Positions 27,201 to 41,184 of a stretch of DNA of 42,929 nucleotides are shown piece after piece. How positions within the stretch are numbered: position 1 is the stretch's first letter; every line of letters starts with the position of its first letter. The notes under the pieces are model-generated. The model saw only the letters and a program-made list of their open reading frames with translations. It was not told the DNA's origin and did no database searches. The stretch lies in the NCBI GenBank assembly GCA_043228905.1, contig JBHGNT010000266.1, positions 1 to 42,929 of the forward strand, read 5' to 3'. The position numbers and the translations under genes are program-made. The DNA comes from Azolla caroliniana (taxonomy: Eukaryota; Plantae; Polypodiophyta).

Positions 27201-30200
27201 ATCATAGCTAGCGTTGTTAGCTTCGATTCGCATGTTTGAACACAAAACTCCGATATCACACGAGCCAGGTATGAACATTTTAATTTACCTACTAAGTCTT
27301 GTCAACTCACTCCTCAAGTTTGCTAATTTCTTCATGTCTCTCGACCCGAGTTTCAAAATCTTGATTTTTTAATTACATATCATAGCTAGCGTTGAGAGCT
27401 TCGATTCGCATGTTTGAATACAAAAATCCGATATCACACGAGCCAGGTATGAACATTTTAATTTACCTACTAGGTCTTCTCAACTCACTCCTCAAGTTTG
27501 CTAATTTCTTCATGTCTCTCGACCCGAGTTTCAAAATCTTGATTTTTTAATTCCATATCATAGCTAGCGTTGTTAGCTTCGATTCGCATGTTTGAATACA
27601 AAAATCCGATATCACACGAGCCAGGTATGAACATTTTAATTTACCTACTAAGTCTTGTCAACTCACTCCTCAAGTTTGCTAATTTCTTCATGTCTCTCGA
27701 CCCGAGTTTCAAAATCTTGATTTTTTAATTATATATCATAGCTAGCGTTGTGAGCTTCGATTCGCATGTTTGAATACAAAAATCCGATATCACACGAGCC
27801 AGGTATGAACATTTTAATTTACCTAATAGCTCTTCTCAACTCCCTCCTCAAGTTTGCTAATTTCTTCATGTCTCTCGACCCGAGTTTCAAAATCTTGATT
27901 TTTTAATTATATATCATAGCTAGCGTTGTGAGCTTCGATTCGCATGTTTGAATACAAAAATCCGATATCACACGAGCCAGGTATGAACATTTTAATTTAC
28001 CTAATAGCTCTTCTCAACTCCCTCCTCAAGTTTGCTAATTTCTTCATGTCTCTCGACCCGAGTTTCAAAATCTTGATTTTTTAATTTCATATCATAGCTA
28101 GCGTTGTTAGCTTCGATTCACATGTTTGAACACAAAAATCCGATATCACACGAGCGAGGTATGAACATTTTAATTTCTTCAAGGGCTCCTCTCAACTCCC
28201 TCCTCAAGTTTTCTATTTTCATCATGTCTCTCGACCTGAGTTTCAAAATCTTGATTTTTTAATTCCAAATAATAGCTAGCGTTGTTAGCTTCGATTGGCA
28301 TGTTTGAACACAAAAATCCGATATCACAGGAGCCAGGTATGAACATTTTAATTTACCTACTAGGTCTTCTCAACTCACTCCTCAAGTTTGCTAATTTCTT
28401 CATGTCTCTCGACCCGAGTTTCAAAATCTTGATTTTTTAATTCCATATCATAGCTAGCGTTGTTAGCTTCGATTCGCATGTTTGAATACACAAATCCGAT
28501 ATCACACGAGCGAGGTATGAACATTTTAATTTACTCAAGGGCTCCTCTCAACTCCCTCCCCAAGTTTTCTATTTTCATCATGTCTCTCGACCTGAGTTTC
28601 AAAATCTTGATTTTTAATTCCAAATTATAGCTAGCGTTGTTAGCTTTGAATCGCATGTTTGAATACAATAATACTATATCACACGAGCCAGGTATGAACA
28701 TTTTAATTTACCTACTAGGTCTTCTCAACTCACTCCTCAAGTTTGCTAATTTCTTCATGTCTCTCGACCCGAGTTTCAAAATCTTGATTTTTTAATTCCA
28801 TATCATAGCTAGCGTTGTTAGCTTCGATTCACATGTTTGAACACAAAAATCCGATATCACACGAGCCAGGTATGAACATTTTAATTTACCTACTAGGTCT
28901 TCTCAACTCACTCCTCAAGTTTGCTAATTTCTTCATGTCTCTCGACCCGAGTTTCAAAATCTTGATTTTTTAATTCCATATCATAGCTAGCGTTGTTACC
29001 TTCGATTCGCATGTTTGAACACAGAAATCCGATATCACACGAGCGAGGTATGAACATTTTAATTTACTCAAGGGCTCCTCTCAACTCCCTCCTCAAGTTT
29101 TCTATTTTCATCATGTCTCTCGACCTGAGTTTCAAAATCTTTATTTTTAATTCCAAATTATAGCTAGCGTTGTTAGCTTTGAATCGCATGTTTGAATACA
29201 ATAATACTATATCACACGAGCCAGGTATGAACATTTTAATTTACCTACTAGGTCTTCTCAACTCACTCCTCAAGTTTGCTAATTTCTTCATGTCTCTCGA
29301 CCCGAGTTTGAAAATCTTGATTTTTTAATTCCATATCATAGCTAGCGTTGTTAGCTTCGATTCGCATGTTTGAACACAAAAATCCGATATCACACGAGCC
29401 AGGTATGAACATTTTAATTTACCTACTAGGTCTTCTCAACTCACTCCTCAAGTTTGCTAATTTCTTCATGTCTCTCGACCCGAGTTTCAAAATCTTGATT
29501 TTTTAATTCCATATCATAGCTAGCGTTGTTAGCTTCGATTCGCATGTTTGAACACAGAAATCCGATATCACACGAGCGAGGTATGAACATTTTAATTTAC
29601 TCAGGGGCTCCTCTCAACTCCCTCCTCAAGTTTTCTATTTTCATCATGTCTCTCGACCTGAGTTTCAAAATCTTTATTTTTAATTCCAAATTATAGCTAG
29701 CGTTGTTAGCTTTAAATCGCATGTTTGAACACAAAAATACGATATTAGACGAGCCAGGTATGAACATTTTAATTTACCTACTAGGTCTTCTCAACTCACT
29801 CCTCAAGTTTGCTAATTTCTTCATGTCTCTCGACCCGAGTTTCAAAATCTTGATTTTTTAATTCCATATCATAGCTAGCGTTGTTAGCTTCGATTCGCAT
29901 ATTTGAACACAAAAATCCGATATCACACGAGCCAGGTATGAACATTTTAATTTACCTACTAGGTCTTCTCAACTCCCTCCTCAAGTTTGCTAATTTCTTC
30001 ATGTCTCTCGACCCGAGTTTCAAAATCTTGATTTTTTAATTCCATATCATAGCTAGCGTTGTTAGCTTCGATTCGCATGTTTGAATACAAAAATCCGATA
30101 TCACACGAGCCAGGTATGAACATTTTAATTTACCTACTAGGTCTTCTCAACTCACTCCTCAAGTTTGCTAATTTCTTCATGTCTCTCGACCCGAGTTTCA

Positions 30201-31460
30201 AAATCTTGATTTTTTAATTCCATATCATAGCTAGCGTTGTTACCTTCGATTCGCATGTTTGAATACAAAAATCCGATATCACACGAGCCAGGTATGAACA
30301 TTTTAATTTACCTAATAGCTCTTCTCAACTCCCTCCTCAAGTTTGCTAATTTCTTCATGTCTCTCGACCCGAGTTTCAAAATCTGGATTTTTTAATTCCA
30401 GATCATAGCTAACGTTGTTAGCTTCGATTCGCATGTTTGAACACAAAAATCCGATATCACACGACCCAGGTATGAACATTTTAATTTACTCAAGGGCTCC
30501 TCTCAACTCCATCCTCAAGTTTGCTAATTTCTTCATGTCTCTTGACCTGAGTTTCAAAATCTTGATTTTTTAATTCCATATCATAGCTAGCGTTGTTAGC
30601 TTCGATTCGCATGTTTGAACACAAAAATCCGATATCACACGAGCCAGGTATGAACATTTTAATTTACTCAAGGGCTCCTCTCAACTCCCTCCTCAAGTTT
30701 GCTAATTTCTTCATGTCTCTTGACCTGAGTTTCAAAATCTTGGTTTTTTAATCCCATATCATAGCTAGCGTTGTTAGCTTCGATTCGCATGTTTGAACAC
30801 AAAACTCCGATATCACACGAGCCAGGTATGAACATTTTAATTTACCTACTAAGTCTTGTCAACTCACTCCTCAAGTTTGCTAATTTCTTCATGTCTCTCG
30901 ACCCGAGTTTCAAAATCTTGATTTTTTAATTACATATCATAGCTAGCGTTGAGAGCTTCGATTCGCATGTTTGAATACAAAAATCCGATATCACACGAGC
31001 CAGGTATGAACATTTTAATTTACCTACTAGGTCTTCTCAACTCACTCCTCAAGTTTGCTAATTTCTTCATGTCTCTCGACCCGAGTTTCAAAATCTTGAT
31101 TTTTTAATTCCATATCATAGCTAGCGTTGTTAGCTTCGATTCGCATGTTTGAATACAAAAATCCGATATCACACGAGCCAGGTATGAACATTTTAATTTA
31201 CCTACTAAGTCTTGTCCACTCACTCCTCAAGTTTGCTAATTTCTTCATGTCTCTCGACCCGAGTTTCAAAATCTTGATTTTTTAATTATATATCATAGCT
31301 AGCGTTGTGAGCTTCGATTCGCATGTTTGAATACAAAAATCCGATATCACACGAGCCAGGTATGAACATTTTAATTTACCTAATAGCTCTTCTCAACTCC
31401 CTCCTCAAGTTTGCTAATTTCTTCATGTCTCTCGACCCGAGTTTCAAAATCTTGATTTTT
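24290..31460 (+). repeat. 20-mer HOR tandem duplication (3557 bp) with an internal 3-mer (533 bp) duplication
   Basis: aataatactat at 25110/25643 and 28667/29200; agctaacgtt at 26850/30407; gagtttgaaaa in both copies. All cross-copy offsets are 3557. Confidence 0.88.
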
Positions 31461-32379
31461 TAATTTCATATCATAGCTAGCGTTGTTAGCTTCGATTCAC
31501 ATGTTTGAACACAAAAATCCGATATCACACGACCGAGGTATGAACATTTTAATTTCTTCAAGGGCTCCTCTCAACTCCCTCCTCAAGTTTTCTATTTTTA
31601 TCATGTCTCTCGACCTGAGTTTCAAAATCTTGATTTTTTAATTCGAAATAATAGCTAGCGTTGTTAGCTTCGATTGGCATGTTTGAACACAAAAATCCGA
31701 TATCACAGCAGCCAGGTATGAACATTTTAATTTACCTACTAGGTCTTCTCAACACACTCCTCAAGTTTGCTAATTTCTTCATGTCTCTCGACCCGAGTTT
31801 CAAAATCTTGATTTTTTAATTCCAGATCATAGCTAGCGTTGTTACCTTCAATTCGCATGTTTGAATACAAAAATCCGATATCACACGAGCCAGGTATGAA
31901 CATTTTAATTTACCTAATAGCTCTTCTCAACTCCCTCCTCAAGTTTGCTAATTTCTTCATGTCTCTCGACCCGACTTTCAAAATCTGGATTTTTTAATTC
32001 CAGATCATAGCTAGCGTTGTTAGCTTCGATTCGCATGTTTGAACACAAAAATCCGATATCACACGACCCAGGTATGAACATTTTAATTTACTCAAGGGCT
32101 CCTCTCAACTCCCTCCTCAAGTTTGCTAATTTCTTCATGTCTCTTGACCTGAGTTTCAAAATCTTGATTTTTTAATTCCATATCATAGCTAGCGTTGTTA
32201 GCTTCGATTCGCATGTTTGAACACAAAAATCCGATATCACACGAGCCAGGTATGAACATTTTAATTTACTCAAGGGCTCCTCTCAACTCCCTCCTCAAGT
32301 TTGCTAATTTCTTCATGTCTCTTGACCTGAGTTTCAAAATCTTGGTTTTTTAATCCCATATCATAGCTAGAGTTGTTAG

Positions 32380-35300
32380 CTTCGATTCGCATGTTTGAAC
32401 ACAAAACTCCGATATCACACGAGCCAGGTATGAACATTTTAATTTACCTACTAAGTCTTGTCAACTCACTCCTCAAGTTTGCTAATTTCTTCATGTCTCT
32501 CGACCCGAGTTTCAAAATCTTGATTTTTTAATTACATATCATAGCTAGCGTTGAGAGCTTCGATTCGCATGTTTGAATACAAAAATCCGATATCACACGA
32601 GCCAGGTATGAACATTTTAATTTACCTACTAGGTCTTCTCAACTCACTCCTCAAGTTTGCTAATTTCTTCATGTCTCTCAACCCGAGTTTCAAAATCTTG
32701 ATTTTTTAATTTCATATCATAGCTAGCGTTGTTAGCTTCGATTCGCATGTTTGAATACAAAAATCCGATATCACACGAGCCAGGTATGAACATTTTAATT
32801 TACCTACTAAGTCTTGTCAACTCACTCCTCAAGTTTGCTAATTTCTTCATGTCTCTCGACCCGAGTTTCAAAATCTTGATTTTTTAATTATATATCATAG
32901 CTAGCGTTGTGAGCTTCGATTCGCATGTTTGAATACAAAAATCCGATATCACACGAGCCAGGTATGAACATTTTAATTTACCTAATAGCTCTTCTCAACT
33001 CCCTCCTCAAGTTTGCTAATTTCTTCATGTCTCTCGACCCGAGTTTCAAAATCTTGATTTTTTAATTTCATATCATAGCTAGCGTTGTTAGCTTCGATTC
33101 ACATGTTTGAACACAAAAATCCGATATCACACGAGCGAGGTATGAACATTTTAATTTACTCAAGGGCTCCTCTCAACTCCCTCCTCAAGTTTGCTAATTT
33201 CTTCATGTCTCTTGACCTGAGTTTCAAAATCTTGGTTTTTTAATCCCATATCATAGCTAGAGTTGTTAGCTTCGATTCGCATGTTTGAACACAAAACTCC
33301 GATATCACACGAGCCAGGTATGAACATTTTAATTTACCTACTAAGTCTTGTCAACTCACTCCTCAAGTTTGCTAATTTCTTCATGTCTCTCGACCCGAGT
33401 TTCAAAATCTTGATTTTTTAATTCCATATCATAGCTAGCGTTGTTACCTTCGATTCGCATGTTTGAATACAAAAATCCGATATCACACGAGCCAGGTATG
33501 AACATTTTAATTTACCTAATAGCTCTTCTCAACTCCCTCCTCAAGTTTGCTAATTTCTTCATGTCTCTCGACCCGAGTTTCAAAATCTGGATTTTTTAAT
33601 TCCAGATCATAGCTAGCGTTGTTAGCTTCGATTCGCATGTTTGAACACAAAAATCCGATATCACACGACCCAGGTATGAACATTTTAATTTACTCAAGGG
33701 CTCCTCTCAACTCCCTCCTCAAGTTTGCTAATTTCTTCATGTCTCTTGACCTGAGTTTCAAAATCTTGATTTTTTAATTCCATATCATAGCTAGCGTTGT
33801 TAGCTTCGATTCGCATGTTTGAACACAAAAATCCGATATCACACGAGCCAGGTATGAACATTTTAATTTACTCAAGGGCTCCTCTCAACTCCCTCCTCAA
33901 GTTTGCTAATTTCTTCATGTCTCTTGACCTGAGTTTCAAAATCTTGGTTTTTTAATCCCATATCATAGCTAGCGTTGTTAGCTTCGATTCGCATGTTTGA
34001 ACACAAAACTCCGATATCACACGAGCCAGGTATGAACATTTTAATTTACCTACTAAGTCTTGTCAACTCACTCCTCAAGTTTGCTAATTTCTTCATGTCT
34101 CTCGACCCGAGTTTCAAAATCTTGATTTTTTAATTACATATCATAGCTAGCGTTGAGAGCTTCGATTCGCATGTTTGAATACAAAAATCCGATATCACAC
34201 GAGCCAGGTATGAACATTTTAATTTACCTACTAGGTCTTCTCAACTCACTCCTCAAGTTTGCTAATTTCTTCATGTCTCTCGACCCGAGTTTCAAAATCT
34301 TGATTTTTTAATTCCATATCATAGCTAGCGTTGTTAGCTTCGATTCGCATGTTTGAATACAAAAATCCGATATCACACGAGCCAGGTATGAACATTTTAA
34401 TTTACCTACTAAGTCTTGTCAACTCACTCCTCAAGTTTGCTAATTTCTTCATGTCTCTCGACCCGAGTTTCAAAATCTTGATTTTTTAATTATATATCAT
34501 AGCTAGCGTTGTGAGCTTCGATTCGCATGTTTGAATACAAAAATCCGATATCACACGAGCCAGGTATGAACATTTTAATTTACCTAATAGCTCTTCTCAA
34601 CTCCCTCCTCAAGTTTGCTAATTTCTTCATGTCTCTCGACCCGAGTTTCAAAATCTTGATTTTTTAATTTCATATCATAGCTAGCGTTGTTAGCTTCGAT
34701 TCACATGTTTGAACACAAAAATCCGATATCACACGAGCGAGGTATGAACATTTTAATTTACTCAAGGGCTCCTCTCAACTCCCTCCTCAAGTTTGCTAAT
34801 TTCTTCATGTCTCTTGACCTGAGTTTCAAAATCTTGGTTTTTTAATCCCATATCATAGCTAGAGTTGTTAGCTTCGATTCGCATGTTTGAACACAAAACT
34901 CCGATATCACACGAGCCAGGTATGAACATTTTAATTTACCTACTAAGTCTTGTCAACTCACTCCTCAAGTTTGCTAATTTCTTCATGTCTCTCGACCCGA
35001 GTTTCAAAATCTTGATTTTTTAATTCCATATCATAGCTAGCGTTGTTACCTTCGATTCGCATGTTTGAATACAAAAATCCGATATCACACGAGCCAGGTA
35101 TGAACATTTTAATTTACCTAATAGCTCTTCTCAACTCCCTCCTCAAGTTTGCTAATTTCTTCATGTCTCTCGACCCGAGTTTCAAAATCTGGATTTTTTA
35201 ATTCCAGATCATAGCTAGCGTTGTTAGCTTCGATTCGCATGTTTGAACACAAAAATCCGATATCACACGACCCAGGTATGAACATTTTAATTTACTCAAG

Positions 35301-37940
35301 GGCTCCTCTCAACTCCCTCCTCAAGTTTGCTAATTTCTTCATGTCTCTTGACCTGAGTTTCAAAATCTTGATTTTTTAATTCCATATCATAGCTAGCGTT
35401 GTTAGCTTCGATTCGCATGTTTGAACACAAAAATCCGATATCACACGAGCCAGGTATGAACATTTTAATTTACTCAAGGGCTCCTCTCAACTCCCTCCTC
35501 AAGTTTGCTAATTTCTTCATGTCTCTTGACCTGAGTTTCAAAATCTTGGTTTTTTAATCCCATATCATAGCTAGCGTTGTTAGCTTCGATTCGCATGTTT
35601 GAACACAAAACTCCGATATCACACGAGCCAGGTATGAACATTTTAATTTACCTACTAAGTCTTGTCAACTCACTCCTCAAGTTTGCTAATTTCTTCATGT
35701 CTCTCGACCCGAGTTTCAAAATCTTGATTTTTTAATTACATATCATAGCTAGCGTTGAGAGCTTCGATTCGCATGTTTGAATACAAAAATCCGATATCAC
35801 ACGAGCCAGGTATGAACATTTTAATTTACCTACTAGGTCTTCTCAACTCACTCCTCAAGTTTGCTAATTTCTTCATGTCTCTCGACCCGAGTTTCAAAAT
35901 CTTGATTTTTTAATTCCATATCATAGCTAGCGTTGTTAGCTTCGATTCGCATGTTTGAATACAAAAATCCGATATCACACGAGCCAGGTATGAACATTTT
36001 AATTTACCTACTAAGTCTTGTCAACTCACTCCTCAAGTTTGCTAATTTCTTCATGTCTCTCGACCCGAGTTTCAAAATCTTGATTTTTTAATTATATATC
36101 ATAGCTAGCGTTGTGAGCTTCGATTCGCATGTTTGAATACAAAAATCCGATATCACACGAGCCAGGTATGAACATTTTAATTTACCTAATAGCTCTTCTC
36201 AACTCCCTCCTCAAGTTTGCTAATTTCTTCATGTCTCTCGACCCGAGTTTCAAAATCTTGATTTTTTAATTTCATATCATAGCTAGCGTTGTTAGCTTCG
36301 ATTCACATGTTTGAACACAAAAATCCGATATCACACGAGCGAGGTATGAACATTTTAATTTACTCAAGGGCTCCTCTCAACTCCCTCCTCAAGTTTGCTA
36401 ATTTCTTCATGTCTCTTGACCTGAGTTTCAAAATCTTGGTTTTTTAATCCCATATCATAGCTAGAGTTGTTAGCTTCGATTCGCATGTTTGAACACAAAA
36501 CTCCGATATCACACGAGCCAGGTATGAACATTTTAATTTACCTACTAAGTCTTGTCAACTCACTCCTCAAGTTTGCTAATTTCTTCATGTCTCTCGACCC
36601 GAGTTTCAAAATCTTGATTTTTTAATTCCATATCATAGCTAGCGTTGTTACCTTCGATTCGCATGTTTGAATACAAAAATCCGATATCACACGAGCCAGG
36701 TATGAACATTTTAATTTACCTAATAGCTCTTCTCAACTCCCTCCTCAAGTTTGCTAATTTCTTCATGTCTCTCGACCCGAGTTTCAAAATCTGGATTTTT
36801 TAATTCCAGATCATAGCTAGCGTTGTTAGCTTCGATTCGCATGTTTGAACACAAAAATCCGATATCACACGACCCAGGTATGAACATTTTAATTTACTCA
36901 AGGGCTCCTCTCAACTCCCTCCTCAAGTTTGCTAATTTCTTCATGTCTCTTGACCTGAGTTTCAAAATCTTGATTTTTTAATTCCATATCATAGCTAGCG
37001 TTGTTAGCTTCGATTCGCATGTTTGAACACAAAAATCCGATATCACACGAGCCAGGTATGAACATTTTAATTTACTCAAGGGCTCCTCTCAACTCCCTCC
37101 TCAAGTTTGCTAATTTCTTCATGTCTCTTGACCTGAGTTTCAAAATCTTGGTTTTTTAATCCCATATCATAGCTAGCGTTGTTAGCTTCGATTCGCATGT
37201 TTGAACACAAAACTCCGATATCACACGAGCCAGGTATGAACATTTTAATTTACCTACTAAGTCTTGTCAACTCACTCCTCAAGTTTGCTAATTTCTTCAT
37301 GTCTCTCGACCCGAGTTTCAAAATCTTGATTTTTTAATTACATATCATAGCTAGCGTTGAGAGCTTCGATTCGCATGTTTGAATACAAAAATCCGATATC
37401 ACACGAGCCAGGTATGAACATTTTAATTTACCTACTAGGTCTTCTCAACTCACTCCTCAAGTTTGCTAATTTCTTCATGTCTCTCGACCCGAGTTTCAAA
37501 ATCTTGATTTTTTAATTCCATATCATAGCTAGCGTTGTTAGCTTCGATTCGCATGTTTGAATACAAAAATCCGATATCACACGAGCCAGGTATGAACATT
37601 TTAATTTACCTACTAAGTCTTGTCAACTCACTCCTCAAGTTTGCTAATTTCTTCATGTCTCTCGACCCGAGTTTCAAAATCTTGATTTTTTAATTATATA
37701 TCATAGCTAGCGTTGTGAGCTTCGATTCGCATGTTTGAATACAAAAATCCGATATCACACGAGCCAGGTATGAACATTTTAATTTACCTAATAGCTCTTC
37801 TCAACTCCCTCCTCAAGTTTGCTAATTTCTTCATGTCTCTCGACCCGAGTTTCAAAATCTTGATTTTTTAATTTCATATCATAGCTAGCGTTGTTAGCTT
37901 CGATTCACATGTTTGAACACAAAAATCCGATATCACACGA
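32380..37940 (+). repeat. 9-mer HOR (1602 bp), about three near-identical tandem copies
   Basis: Variant gctagagttg (variant base at 33261, 34863, 36465) in steps of 1602 = 9x178, with identical monomer order. Confidence 0.88.
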
Positions 37941-40900
37941 CCGAGGTATGAACATTTTAATTTCTTCAAGGGCTCCTCTCAACTCCCTCCTCAAGTTTTC
38001 TATTTTTATCATGTCTCTCGACCTGAGTTTCAAAATCTTGATTTTTTAATTCGAAATAATAGCTAGCGTTGTTAGCTTCGATTGGCATGTTTGAACACAA
38101 AAATCCGATATCACAGCAGCCAGGTATGAACATTTTAATTTACCTACTAGGTCTTCTCAACACACTCCTCAAGTTTGCTAATTTCTTCATGTCTCTCGAC
38201 CCGAGTTTCAAAATCTTGATTTTTTAATTCCAGATCATAGCTAGCGTTGTTAGCTTCGATTCGCATGTTTGAACACAAAAATCCGATATCACACGACCCA
38301 GGTATGAACATTTTAATTTACTCAAGGGCTCCTCTCAACTCCCTCCTCAAGTTTGCTAATTTCTTCATGTCTCTTGACCTGAGTTTCAAAATCTTGATTT
38401 TTTAATTCCATATCATAGCTAGCGTTGTTAGCTTCGATTCGCATGTTTGAACACAAAAATCCGATATCACACGAGCCAGGTATGAACATTTTAATTTACT
38501 CAAGGGCTCCTCTCAACTCCCTCCTCAAGTTTGCTAATTTCTTCATGTCTCTTGACCTGAGTTTCAAAATCTTGGTTTTTTAATCCCATATCATAGCTAG
38601 CGTTGTTAGCTTCGATTCGCATGTTTGAACACAAAACTCCGATATCACACGAGCCAGGTAGGAACATTTTAATTTACCTACTAAGTCTTGTCAACTCACT
38701 CCTCAAGTTTGCTAATTTCTTCATGTCTCTCGACCCGAGTTTCAAAATCTTGATTTTTTAATTACATATCATAGCTAGCGTTGAGAGCTTCGATTCGCAT
38801 GTTTGAATACAAAAATCCGATATCACACGAGCCAGGTATGAACATTTTAATTTACCTACTAGGTCTTCTCAACTCACTCCTCAAGTTTGCTAATTTCTTC
38901 ATGTCTCTCGACCCGAGTTTCAAAATCTTGATTTTTTAATTCCATATCATAGCTAGCGTTGTTAGCTTCGATTCGAATGTTTGAACACAAAAATCCGATA
39001 TCACACGACCCAGGTATGAACATTTTAATTTACTCAAGGGCTCCTCTCAACTCCCTCCTCAAGTTTGCTAATTTCTTCATGTCTCTTGACCTGAGTTTCA
39101 AAATCTTGATTTTTTAATTCCATATCATAGCTAGCGTTGTTAGCTTCGATTCGCATGTTTGAACACAAAAATCCGATATCACACGACCCAGGTATGAACA
39201 TTTTAATTTACTCAAGGGCTCCTCTCAACTCCCTCCTCAAGTTTGCTAATTTCTTCATGTCTCTTGACCTGAGTTTCAAAATCTTGATTTTTTAATTCCA
39301 TATCATAGCTAGCGTTGTTAGCTTCGATTCGCATGTTTGAACACAAAAATCCGATATCACACGAGCCAGGTATGAACATTTTAATTTACTCAAGGGCTCC
39401 TCTCAACTCCCTCCTCAAGTTTGCTAATTTCTTCATGTCTCTTGACCTGAGTTTCAAAATCTTGGTTTTTTAATCCCATATCATAGCTAGAGTTGTTAGC
39501 TTCGATTCGCATGTTTGAACACAAAACTCCGATATCACACGAGCCAGGTATGAACATTTTAATTTACCTACTAAGTCTTGTCAACTCACTCCTCAAGTTT
39601 GCTAATTTCTTCATGTCTCTCGACCCGAGTTTCAAAATCTTGATTTTTTAATTACATATCATAGCTAGCGTTGAGAGCTTCGATTCGCATGTTTGAATAC
39701 AAAAATCCGATATCACACGAGCCAGGTATGAACATTTTAATTTACCTACTAGGTCTTCTCAACTCACTCCTCAAGTTTGCTAATTTCTTCATGTCTCTCG
39801 ACCCGAGTTTCAAAATCTTGATTTTTTAATTCCATATCATAGCTAGCGTTGTTAGCTTCGATTCGCATGTTTGAATACAAAAATCCGATATCACACGAGC
39901 CAGGTATGAACATTTTAATTTACCTACTAAGTCTTGTCAACTCACTCCTCAAGTTTGCTAATTTCTTCATGTCTCTCGACCCGAGTTTCAAAATCTTGAT
40001 TTTTTAATTATATATCATAGCTAGCGTTGTGAGCTTCGATTCGCATGTTTGAATACAAAAATCCGATATCACACGAGCCAGGTATGAACATTTTAATTTA
40101 CCTAATAGCTCTTCTCAACTCCCTCCTCAAGTTTGCTAATTTCTTCATGTCTCTCGACCCGAGTTTCAAAATCTTGATTTTTTAATTTCATATCATAGCT
40201 AGCGTTGTTAGCTTCGATTCACATGTTTGAACACAAAAATCCGATATCACACGACCGAGGTATGAACATTTTAATTTCTTCAAGGGCTCCTCTCAACTCC
40301 CTCCTCAAGTTTTCTATTTTTATCATGTCTCTCGACCTGAGTTTCAAAATCTTGATTTTTTAATTCGAAATAATAGCTAGCGTTGTTAGCTTCGATTGGC
40401 ATGTTTGAACACAAAAATCCGATATCACAGCAGCCAGGTATGAACATTTTAATTTACCTACTAGGTCTTCTCAACACACTCCTCAAGTTTGCTAATTTCT
40501 TCATGTCTCTCGACCCGAGTTTCAAAATCTTGATTTTTTAATTCCAGATCATAGCTAGCGTTGTTAGCTTCGATTCGCATGTTTGAACACAAAAATCCGA
40601 TATCACACGACCCAGGTATGAACATTTTAATTTACTCAAGGGCTCCTCTCAACTCCCTCCTCAAGTTTGCTAATTTCTTCATGTCTCTTGACCTGAGTTT
40701 CAAAATCTTGATTTTTTAATTCCATATCATAGCTAGCGTTGTTAGCTTCGATTCGCATGTTTGAACACAAAAATCCGATATCACACGAGCCAGGTATGAA
40801 CATTTTAATTTACTCAAGGGCTCCTCTCAACTCCCTCCTCAAGTTTGCTAATTTCTTCATGTCTCTTGACCTGAGTTTCAAAATCTTGGTTTTTTAATCC

Positions 40901-41184
40901 CATATCATAGCTAGCGTTGTTAGCTTCGATTCGCATGTTTGAACACAAAACTCCGATATCACACGAGCCAGGTAGGAACATTTTAATTTACCTACTAAGT
41001 CTTGTCAACTCACTCCTCAAGTTTGCTAATTTCTTCATGTCTCTCGACCCGAGTTTCAAAATCTTGATTTTTTAATTACATATCATAGCTAGCGTTGAGA
41101 GCTTCGATTCGCATGTTTGAATACAAAAATCCGATATCACACGAGCCAGGTATGAACATTTTAATTTACCTACTAGGTCTTCTC
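37180..41184 (+). repeat. 13-mer HOR duplication (2314-bp offset)
   Basis: ggtaggaaca at 38661/40975 and aacacactcc at 38159/40473. Offset 2314 = 13x178. Confidence 0.85.
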
